Shown here: positions 10,036 through 19,835 of the stretch, one piece after another
Layout: every line of letters begins with the position of its first letter
Numbering within the stretch: position 1 is the first letter of the stretch
Origin: Macrostomum lignano
Taxonomy: Eukaryota
Direction of reading: 5' to 3'
DNA length: 64,000 nucleotides
NCBI GenBank assembly: GCA_002269645.1
Contig: NIVC01000040.1
Span: 1,268,829-1,332,828 of the forward strand
Notes under the pieces: generated by a model
Database searches by the model: none
What the model was told of the DNA's origin: nothing
What the model saw: the letters and a program-made list of their open reading frames with translations, nothing else
Position numbers and translations under genes: made by a program

Positions 10036-11991
10036 TCAGTCCTCACTCGGCCGATCGTTGTCGCTGTCGTCGGCATCAGCGCCCTGGTCACCATCTTCAT
10101 CACCAGACGGTGGTGTTGGTGGGCAGGCGCGCTTGAGTTTGTTGACGTGAACCACCCGGCCGTTGATCTCGCCGTCTCGGTAATCGACGGGCCGAATCAG
10201 GTAGTTGACCGGCGACGTTCTGCGAAGGACGTTGAATGGGCCAGTCCACGGCGACTGATGTTTCACCGGCAGACCGTTGGTTCTGGAGAGCACAGCGGGA
10301 GGCACGAACAGCCAAACGAGGTCGCCAGCACGAAACTTCCGCTTCCTTGCCTTCCGGTCGTAGTACCGCCGCTGACGCCTCTGAGCTGCACCAGTTGTCC
10401 TCCGCACTGTTTCGAAGGCGTCCTGCAGCCGCTGGACGGTCTCCACCGCGTACTGGCCGACGATCGCTGGGGGCTCTGGCGGCCGGTAGACGACGTCCAA
10501 CGGCAGCACCACCTCTCGGCCAGTCAACAGGAAGTGCGGGGAGAACCCTGTTGTCGCGCTGATGCTGCTTCTGTAGGCCAGGAGACAGTGCGGCAGGGCG
10601 TCCTCCCAGTCCGGCGGATTGACGGTCTGGAGGTGACAGCGCAGCATTTGATGAAGCGTCCGATGAAATCGTTCCACCAGGCCGTCGCACTGCGGTTGGT
10701 AGCCTGATGTTCGGGTCTTGTCGATCTCCAGCAGGCTGCAGAGACCTCGGACAATGCGGCCGTCGACGCTTCTGCCTCGGTCCGAATGGAAGACATGTGG
10801 AGCTCCCCAGCGCGCGATCCAGTGGCTGAACAACGCCTTGGCAATAGTTGCTGCCTTCTCGTCCGGCATTGGCACCAGCTCCACCCATTTGCTGAAGTAG
10901 TCGATGATCGTTAGTAGACGATCGTTGCCATTCTTGGAGACGCCGACCTTGACGACGTCGAACCCGACGCGCTGCATGGGGAAACCCGCTGTGATACTTT
11001 GTAACGGCGCACGTTTGATGAGCGGCGTCTTGGCTCGCTGGCAGACTCCGCATGAACGAACAGCCAGCCGGACGCTTTCGGCCATCTTCGGCCAGTAGAA
11101 CCGCGCCTTGAGGCTGGCCAGCGTCTTGTCCTCGCCCAGGTGGCCGATGTTGTGGACCTCGTAGATGACGTCGCGCTGTTGACAGAGAGGGATGACCGGC
11201 ACCGGCTTCGCGTTGACCAGGCGGTGCATGGCGCCGTTGACGAAGCACAGATCGTGTACCTTTTGTGCCAGCACCAGGGTCTCCGACGGCACTTTGTCGC
11301 GCTGCCGATCGGTGAATATGGTCTTGCCGTCGGCGAGCAGCCGGAACACTGGGCTGATGACTGGATCCTGAAGCTGCATTCTGCGTAGAGACGGTGGTCC
11401 GCTGTCTGCTGCTGGTGCCTCAGTCGCGTCGTCATCGCTGCTGTCTTCACTCTCACTGGTAAGCGGCTGTAGAATTTGCTTGCGCCTCGCCTGCATGGTG
11501 CTGACCTGGACGATGTCGTTAGCAGGCGCTGCTGGCGCCTCGGTGTCCATTTGGCAAGCCACCGAGGAAGTCGTCTTTCTGATGTTTACTGGCTCCGGCC
11601 GACAGATTCGACATTGGTTGGTACATCGTTGCTGGACCCGTGATAGAGCGTCGGCGTTGTTGTGCTGACGGCCTGGGCGGAAGACAACTTTGAAGTCGTA
11701 CTCGTCTAGAGTCTGCAGCCACCGTGCCAGTTGACCCTCGGGCTCCTTGAACATCAGCAGATGTGTCAGAGACTGATGATCGACGCGGACGGTGAATGTC
11801 CGAGGCAGCAGGTACGTTCGAAACTTTCTGACATGGTCGACGACCGACAGCAGTTCTCGCCTCGTCACGCAATAGTTGCGTTCAGCCCTTGACAGCGCCC
11901 GACTGGAGTACGCGATGACCCGTTCCTCGCCGGCCTGGACTTGAGAGAGCACCGCGCCAATGGCACAGTCGCTGGCGTCAGTATCCAAAAC
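10036..11991 (-). pseudogene. pol: Gypsy pol, 3' part: RNase H and integrase
   Basis: DTDASD..IGAVLSQ, ELLSVV, RVDHQSL, NADALSR (RNase H); H-H-C-C zinc finger; GFDVV/HSDRG/VERFHRT DDE triad; GPF motif. Cut off from the 5' part by the hAT insertion. Confidence 0.93.
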
Positions 11992-13095
11992 CAGTGTTGG
12001 GCAAGTTACTTAAAAAAAGTAACTTGCGTTACTGTAACTTAAGTTACCAATTTTTAAAAAGTAACTTACGTTAGCCTAGTAACTTTAGACAAAAACCTGG
12101 TAACTTTTAAGTTACTGTCCGTTACTCACTTCCGTTACCCATGTTATTAACAAAATTTTCTGCTTTTTTCACATTGCACATTTTTTCACATTGTTGTTAC
12201 CGAAATTTGCCATTGGGCATTGGGATTAACCGATTAACAGACAGAGACAGGAATTGGCGACACGATGTGAGGCAAATAGAAGGACCAATGGGCAATGGCA
12301 ATCAATAATTAAAATTATAAATGATAAAATAAACGAATATCAATAATTCAATAGAGTAAAATAAATAGAACTGTATAAAATGGTGTAGTGTACTGCAGTG
12401 CCAGTGGAGGGACTTGTGGAGGCTACAGATGAATTTCTTTCTTTGGTTGTTTGTTTGAATCAAACTTGAAAATTTTTAGTAACGAAAATGGGCCTTTTCA
12501 TATAGCTAGTTCTGGTTCCAGAATCAGAACCAATTTGTGAAGTATAACTTTTTGTCTCCATAACTAGAGGGAGATACGTGCTATAAAGTTTTTATTATTG
12601 AATGAAAATCGCTAAGAAGAAAGTGAAAAATTGTGCTATGTGAGGTTGTTAAGGCAGTCAAACATTCAACAGAATTAAATAGTTATACTGCTGTTTTTCT
12701 TGGAAGATCCGAACCGATTCTGATTCTGGAATTGGTAATATGAAAAGCCTCAATGAAAGGCGAAAATATTTTACCAATATTAACAAAGTAATACATGTTT
12801 CAAGTATTTCTTCATTAATTAAACGCAATACCATATGATACTATTCACTTAATTTTGAATTTATGAATGAAAAATGCAAAAACATGTGACAACCGGCGTA
12901 CTAGCTAAGCATTTCAGTTTTTAATTTAAATATTGCGATTGTTGCAAAGTAACTGTAACGGACTTCCGAAATTTGAGTAACTTACCGTTACTCCGTTACT
13001 AAAATAAAAAAGTAACTTGCGTAAGGAACGCTTTACGAAAAAGTAACTTGCGTTACCATTTGCAAGTTACTCGGTAACGGAAGTGCCCAACACTG
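11992..13095. mobile_element. Non-autonomous hAT element (1104 bp) inserted in Gypsy pol
   Basis: 12-bp perfect TIR CAGTGTTGGGCA; exact 8-bp TSD TCCAAAAC (11984-11991 and 13096-13103); many subterminal GTAAC/GTTAC motifs; AT-rich non-coding interior. Confidence 0.95.
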
Positions 13096-15157
13096 TCCAA
13101 AACGAACTCCGAGCTGTCTGGGCTGGTGTCCGGAAGGCAAGGACTGGTGCTGACGCTAGCGCCGCCTTCAGTTGGACAAATGCTGCCTCAGCCGCTGGTG
13201 TCCACTGGAATTTCTCCGCCGGAAGAGTCAGGCGTCGTAGCGGTTCGGCAATCTTCGAATAGTCCTGAACGAATCGCCGATAGTACGCCGTGAGGCCTAG
13301 GAAGCTCTTCACCTCCTTAGGGTTTCCTGGTGTTGGCCATGCGCGGATGACGGCAGTCTTGGTCTCGTCGACGGTGATGCCGGACTTGGAGACTCGATGA
13401 CCGAGCACAATCATCGTCGAGTTGGCGAAACGGCACTTTGACGGTTTCAGCCGCAGGTTTGCCTCTTTCAGCCGCTCAAGCACTGCTCGCAGTCGAGAAT
13501 TGTGCTCAGCGATCGTCCGGCCCATAACGATGACATCGTCGATGAAAACGAGGCACGCTTGCCAGGTCAGCCCTTGGAGCACCAGCTGCATAAGTCGTTG
13601 AAACGTCGCCGGGGCGTTGCGCAGGCCGAAGGGCATGACGTTGAACTCGAAAAGGCCTTGGTGACAGATAAAAGCAGTCTTTTCCTTGTCGCGCTCTTCG
13701 ACTTCGACCTGCCAGTAGCCACTCTCCAGATCGAGTGCCGAAAAGTAAGCGTTGCCCTCCAGAGCGTCCAAGGTGTCGTCGATGCGAGGGATCGGGAAGG
13801 CATCCGGCTTGGTGACCTGGTTGAGCAGCCGATAGTCAAGGCAGAAGCGTGCCGTCCCATCCTTCTTCCTGACGAGCACGATCGGCGATGCCCACGGCGA
13901 AGATGACGGCCGGATGACGCCTTTTTGCAGCATGTCGTCGACTAGTTCGGCCTGTTTTTCGATGACCGGGCGCGCTGCACGTCGAAGGCCCTGTCGAATC
14001 GGTCGCGCTCCACCGGTGTCGATGTGGTGTCGTAAAACTGCTGTGCGGCCAGCGTTGCCTGGTGATGCGAAGACGTCGCAGAATTCCAGCAGAAGATCTT
14101 TGACAGACTGCTGTTCGTCGACCGAAATATCACTTTCGATTTTTATGCTGTTTAACCAGTCTGTCGTGTGTTGCAATGTCGCCGAAACCGAGACTACCGC
14201 CGTCGTCACCGCCAAGCTGCCAGCGGCCGTCGCCGCCGTGCTGCCAGCGGCCGTCGCCGCCGTGCTGCCAGCGGCCGTCGCCGCCGTGCTGCCAGCGGCC
14301 GTCGCCGCCGTGCTGCCAGCGGCCGTTGCCGCCGTGCTGTCAACGGCCGTCGCCGCCGTGCTGCCAGCGGCCGTCGCCGCCGTGCTGTCAGCGGCCGTCT
14401 GGATTCGTGCGTGGCTACTGAGCGGTGAGAAACTGCCGATGATGTCGCCGTCGCTAATGCTGATGATCTGATCGCCGACGTTGATGACAGCCAGTCCCAT
14501 TCCGCTGTCGGATAGCTTTGAGACGCAGCGACCGATGAGCAGCCCTTGTAGTTTTGTCCCGATGACTATCCCAGGGGCGCCTGATTTCGTCCACGAGGCT
14601 TGCTGGGCTGGCTTGATTGGGATGATCCACCGATCGCCTGGCTGCAGCTGAACTGAGGCCGCCGACACTAGCCTGCAGGTCTGCGCTGCTTCTTTGCTTT
14701 GCCGAGTCGGGATTGATGCGCCTATGCTGTTGAAGGTGATGCAACCGGCCTGCAGATGAACAGAGACGTCGTGGGTGCTGAGGAAGTCACAGCCCAGGAT
14801 GACGGATGCCGGATGCAGCTTCTCCAGTACGACGAATCGATGTTGTACACGAACGATTCCAAGTGTCACTGTCAATGTTGTCTCGCCCAGCACTCGTTGC
14901 AAGTTGCCGTCCACGCCTCTAATGGTGATGCTGCTGGGCTGCAGCTGCCGCCTGGCCTTCCGGTAGATCTCGGCGCCGATGCATGACACCTCTGCTCCAG
15001 TGTCGATCAAGCAGTGGCGCCGTCGTCTGAGAATGCGCGCGGTGACGAAACGCGCCTGACCAGGCTGACAGCTGCTGAGGCGTGGAGTGGAGGCCGAGTG
15101 TCTTAGTGCTGAGAGGGCCGGTGCTGGCCTCGCGGACCAGCCCCCTCGGCGTTTGGG
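13096..15157 (-). pseudogene. pol: Gypsy pol, 5' part: aspartic protease, dUTPase-like spacer, reverse transcriptase; 1-bp frameshift near 13133
   Basis: CLIDTGAEVS (protease); SPWASPIVLV..RFCLDYR.LN, LDLESGYWQ, MPFGLRNAPATFQR, FIDD (RT). The frame is open upstream to the gag overlap. GCCTTCCGGAC is one C short of A-F-P-D. Confidence 0.93.
14212..14400 (-). repeat. 24-bp in-frame coding repeat (AATAAGST, about 8 copies) inside pol
   Basis: gcggccgtcgccgccgtgctgcca units between the protease/dUTPase-like region and RT. Confidence 0.9.
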
Positions 15158-16155
15158 CAGTTGCGTCGAATATGGCCGAGCTGACCGCAGCTGTAACAGA
15201 CTGTTTTCTCCAGTCGTTGCTGTCCTCCGGTGCTCGACTGCTGCGGCATCAGCGGTCTTGGTAGCTCAGTCGATCTTGGAGGCCTCGGTGGTGTTGGCGG
15301 CGTAGGCGACATCTGCGGCTGCACTAGACTGGTACTCATGTACGCCCGCGTTTCCCGAAGCTGCTGGGCGAAGCGTAGTGCCTGCTCCACAGTGTGTGGC
15401 GGAGTTGGATGGTTGAGCAGTCGCTCAGTGACGTAGCTGTCGTTTAGGCCTTGCATGAACTGCTCGAGAACTATCTGCTGCACAAAGACCTGGGCTCCCG
15501 GGTCCGGATGGGCCCGAACAGCCAACCGTTGGAGCTCCGTCAGGTACTTCTCAAAGCTCTCGTCAGGTTTCCGATGTCGAGCACGGAACTCGCGTCGAAG
15601 AAGGGCTGCACTCTTGGCACCACCGTGACGTGAGCGGAGGTGTTCTACCAGGTCTTCGTAGTACACCCCAGGTAGCTGATCCAATGTTGACCCGGGCGGA
15701 AGACCTACGTACGCGCACTGCATTGCCAGCCAGGCAGTGTACGTTGCGAATGCCGGTCCGAGATAAGCCGTCAGGGTATTGACCTTCTCGATGTCCGGGA
15801 GGCCGGGGAATCGACCAATGTGAGCGCCGATCCTGACGAGGAAGTCGTCGAAGTCTTCACGACCGTTGTATGGCGGAGGATTGGGCACCGAAGGCAGAGC
15901 AAGCCGGTGATTTGCCACTGGCAGCGCTGCATAAGCCAGGTTGTTAGGTGGGGCGTATTCCAGCTCCGGGACATGTCGAGCTTGACGTTGAACGTGCTCA
16001 TGGAACGGGTTTGTTGAATACGACTCCGGCCGCGTCGTCCGTGGATCTTCGTCTGCGATGAACGGGTTGGTCGATCTGTTGGCTGCTGCAGACACAAACG
16101 GGTTGTATGAACTCGAACTGGACGCGATGCTTGACTCGGCTGCTGGTAGCTGCAT
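15103..16155 (-). CDS. gag: Gypsy Gag with capsid domain and CCHC zinc knuckle (start uncertain; 350 aa from ATG 16155)
   Basis: PPPYNGREDFDDF, LRREF..R.RKPDESFEKY, EQFMQGL, CYSCGQLGHIRRNC. An out-of-frame ATG at 16219 (MWNDDDF..) may be the original start. Confidence 0.88.
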   Translation of the reverse strand: MQLPAAESSIASSSSSYNPFVSAAANRSTNPFIADEDPRTTRPESYSTNPFHEHVQRQARHVPELEYAPPNNLAYAALPVANHRLALPSVPNPPPYNGREDFDDFLVRIGAHIGRFPGLPDIEKVNTLTAYLGPAFATYTAWLAMQCAYVGLPPGSTLDQLPGVYYEDLVEHLRSRHGGAKSAALLRREFRARHRKPDESFEKYLTELQRLAVRAHPDPGAQVFVQQIVLEQFMQGLNDSYVTERLLNHPTPPHTVEQALRFAQQLRETRAYMSTSLVQPQMSPTPPTPPRPPRSTELPRPLMPQQSSTGGQQRLEKTVCYSCGQLGHIRRNCPNAEGAGPRGQHRPSQH

Positions 16156-16232
16156 CTGCCGCGTTTGCTCGTCTGACCAGCCGTCCTCGAAGCTCCAGGA
16201 AGTCGTCGTCGTTCCACATGATGAAACACTAG

Positions 16233-16243
16233 CGTGGTCGCCA
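16233..16243 (-). promoter_or_regulatory. Primer-binding site, tRNA-Arg(UCG)-compatible
   Basis: TGGCGACCACG on -, 2 nt inside the 5' LTR, complementary to a ...CGUGGUCG-CCA tRNA end; isotype assigned from recalled metazoan tRNA-Arg(UCG) ends. Confidence 0.75.
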
Positions 16244-16245
16244 AA

Positions 16246-17594
16246 TGTAAATACCCAAGTCGCCGTTTGAATACGAGTGACGAAGTCGTGCAGGCAATTC
16301 TTGTCGGCTGTGCTCACTTAGCCGAGGGGAGAAAGTCTTAAAGATTCCTGCTCAAACCATTACTGTATTTATAACCATTGGCGATGTTTTGCAGACAGCG
16401 TGCGAGGCTTAAAAGCGTAATTCACGCGCGGGAATAAAATCAATTCCAGAATACATTCAAATATATGGAAATGAGGTGGGGTGGAGAAGGACTCCTTTTT
16501 GGGACGGTTGTTTTTGAATTTGCTGACACCAGTGAGGTGGGGCGGATTCCTCGTTTGAATTGCCGCCGGCGTTGAGTTCGCACGAATAAAACCGGAAAAA
16601 CGCGCAGACGAATCCCAACGAAATTTCTTCTCCTGTTTTACTCCGACAGCCGGGTTCTCAAGTCCGGGGGGAGGGTAGTCGTAATCGTAGCGGAGCGGTC
16701 GTTAGCGGCGCGGTCGTTCAAAGCAGTGAACACCGGAGATTTCTGACTCCGAAAATTGATGCGTCGGTTATCTGAACTCGTTACTTTCAGTAGGGTAGTT
16801 GCTGCCACCACCGTAATTTACGTATTACGGAACGAATAAGTCTCAGAGCTATCTTTGAGATGAGAACTTTGGTTATTTTACGCCCCACGGGCAAATGACT
16901 CAAGAGAATACTATGGCTTTGGATTAGTGAATAAATATAATTAATTATTGGAATTTATTAGATTGACTTATTTCGAGCAGGCTGGATAATAAAATAAATT
17001 TTACACGACACTACACGGATGAGACGCGGGCCGAGGTCGAAAATGTTTCGACTGGGCTTAAAACACGCAGAAAACTGTAGCACTAAATTTAAACGGTAGT
17101 AAAATATTAAAGAGCAGTAGTAGGTTTTTAGGAAACTTTTAAGAAACAAAAAAACAAAAAAACAAAACACCTAACACCTTTTTGGAAACAATCATGTAAA
17201 CCATCGTTTAAATAGAGGGGAATGAACAGTCACGCAGTGGGGACAGAGGCTGGGCATGCACAGTGGGAGAGAAAAACACGTAAAAGGGGCGGCTTAAACA
17301 CATAGAAAAAAAACAAAAATTACGGCATACATCCAACTCCGTGTAAGCAGTACACGTTGCAGGTAAAGACATAAACCAACATCGGGAGTGATGTCACTCC
17401 AATGAAGGGGAAACGCAGCGGTTCGCCATGCACATGCAAAAATTAAACATGCCAAATTCCAGTCTTCGCATCTTACGTGGCAACCCGCCTGCCACAGAAA
17501 CTAAGCGAGTCGGAGAAAAGAATGCGACTGCGCAACAAATTAAGTCAGCAGGGTGCACAGTGCGTACGGTACGGGGAAAGGACAACTTGTTACA
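16246..17594 (-). repeat. 5' LTR, interrupted by a 1025-bp insertion
   Basis: 16246-16471 matches 9467-9692 and 17501-17594 matches 9693-9786. Confidence 0.93.
16472..17496. mobile_element. Probable solo LTR of a second retrotransposon family
   Basis: Begins TGAGG, ends CCACA, flanked by a 4-bp direct duplication GAAA (16468-16471 and 17497-17500); no credible ORF. Confidence 0.75.
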
Positions 17595-19348
17595 ATTTGC
17601 GCGGCACAGGGGCCGCCATTACCCACCCATTAGCAGGCCTATCTATTACTTTCGTGAGGAGAAAGAAGGCATGTATGTGCTCAGTTGTTGTTGTCTGTAC
17701 GTACGTACTACGTACCATCAAAACCCTAGGGACAGACCAAACCCCGTAAATAAATCCTATCTCTTGAGTTCCCTTGTGTTGTGAGAATTAAGGATAAGGA
17801 CTAGGCCTATCATTGTTTGATTGACTATCATATGGTATAGACATCAGTATATTTGCAAATAAAATTTTGAAATATTATTTTTTTGCCTTTTGGCTTTTCG
17901 ATATCTTTGAAAGAATTGTATTATGACCTGTTCTAATTTATAGTTCTTGGCATAGATACTAAGATAGAATTGTTATATAACTTTTTTTCTAAAATTCCTA
18001 TCAATGTTATGTTATTATTTTTATTGGAACTTAATACATTTGATAACATGAAAAAGGCAGCTGATGTTGCATGTTTAACTTTAATAGTTATATTAAAATA
18101 AATGTAGTAATATTTATTGTCCAAAAATCGGGGGCAAGTTTTATGAAAATTCATTTTTTGGCAATTTGAAAGCAATAAAGCTATAAAATAAATTTATTCA
18201 AGTTTTTAAAAAGTAAAAAAGTCTATTAAAGCACAAATTATTTTCGTATTGCTTTATTTTTAATAAAATGATTTGGTAAAATGGTAAGTTTAATTATGAC
18301 CTAAAATGAGTCTAATGAAAATGATAGAAAAGCTATAATAATGTATTTTATTAACTTTAAGTTTAACTATCTTATAATGTTACACTCTATAATTCTACAA
18401 CATATTTAACATTATTTTCAAGGGTTTATTTGTTTATCACTTTCGTTACTCTTGACAACGTATATTTTGTAGAGTTTGTTTGCAATAAATTGTATTCAAC
18501 GTAAGTTTATTATTTAAACATACAAATTCCCGTAGGATTGGAAAATTGCATTTTACTCAGCTTCTACTAAAGCGATTTGGAAAATTCTTTTTTTCTTGCA
18601 TATACACCGTGATGATACATGTTTTAGTGTATTTTCATTGTTCTTCGTCACTTAATGAGCATACAGTAAGCATCTGATTTGGATGCCGGGTTCATATTTT
18701 GTGGTACCATTTTTTACCCAAAATTTTTAAGTCTAAATATTTACTTTTAGAGAAAGATGTTTGCTGGCAAACTTTGCACTTTATATTAGTATGAATTTTC
18801 GCAAGTTTATATGGTTTTAGAAAAACTTTGAAATCCTTAGAAATACTTCATCTTTTTGAATTGAATAAAAAGTAAAACACAGATTACTTTCTGTTCTGTA
18901 AGTAGTAAAAAAATTAGCCTTTTCTAAGGCCTACAAGTCTTAAAATTAATTGTTTAATAATGAAAAAAAGTGAAAAAAAATTGCAAATTGGTCAACTCAG
19001 ACTTTCAAAATGCTTTTTTTTGTAGTTTTTTCTTCTTTATTCAATAATATAAAACATGAAAACAATAGTTTTTATCCAGAACTATTTTCTAAAGACCTAT
19101 CTATCTTTCAAAAACCTTTTTTAGATATATTACTTTCCATCAAATGTTGGCAGATTTGTTTTACCATTTTATCCCACGTTTTTGGATTTTGCCATTTTTA
19201 TTAGGGCAGGTGCACTTTAAAAGATAAGACCCAGTAATGGTTGAAGTGGTAGGTGCATAAGTGGCTCTACATTGCCTAAGGCAGACAGAGAATCCATGTT
19301 TTGGAAGGAACTTGACAAGCTCAAGCACTTATTCTTCTATCTTGATTA

Positions 19349-19530
19349 GGGGGGCCATAGCCCAGCAGTAGTGCAGCTGCTGAGCTGCTCTAATGTGCCA
19401 GTGACCCAGGCTTGTTTCCAAGTGCAGTCACATTAATTTAGGGCTGAATTGGAATCTCGGCTTGGCTCTGCTTGTGTAATTAATGGCCTTGAGAGCTAAC
19501 CCCCCGAGAAAAAAAAACAAACCAAACTTG
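19349..19530 (+). mobile_element. tRNA-derived SINE-like copy with A-rich tail, CpG-decayed
   Basis: Aligns by eye over about 150 nt with the reverse complement of 35088-35234; followed by aaaaaaaaacaaacc. Confidence 0.65.
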
Positions 19531-19835
19531 CTAAGTACTTGGTAAGTCAACAATGCAACCTCGTGGCAAGTACCGCCTAAGTACTTTCTAAGTTTTGCAA
19601 GTACACTCAATAAACTTTCCAAGCATGCAATGTTTTCTCCAGTCACTTCTCAAGTACTTTCCAAGTATGCAATGTTTTCTCCAGTCACTTCTCAAGTACT
19701 TTCCAAATATGTAATGTTCTCCAGTCACTTCTCAAGTACTTTCCAAGTATGCAATGTTTCTTAAGTTACTTCTCAAGTACTTTCCAAGTATGCAATGTTT
19801 TCTTAAATCACTTTTCAAGTACCTTCCAAGTATGC
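19530..19835. repeat. About 42-bp tandem repeat (caagtactttccaagtatgcaatg...)
   Basis: 5-6 copies, period about 42; shares acttggtaagtcaacaatg with the 22.2 kb region. Confidence 0.8.

Larger units (their letters stand above)
9467..17594 (-). mobile_element. Full-length Ty3/Gypsy LTR retrotransposon with two nested insertions
   Basis: TG..CA LTRs; 4-bp TSD ATTT (9463-9466 and 17595-17598); PBS; PPT; gag followed by PR-RT-RH-IN. Confidence 0.97.

Noticed and set aside
10100-11872. Overlapping alternative-frame and antisense ORFs within pol
   Set aside because: Shadow ORFs of GC-rich coding sequence with no recognisable domains
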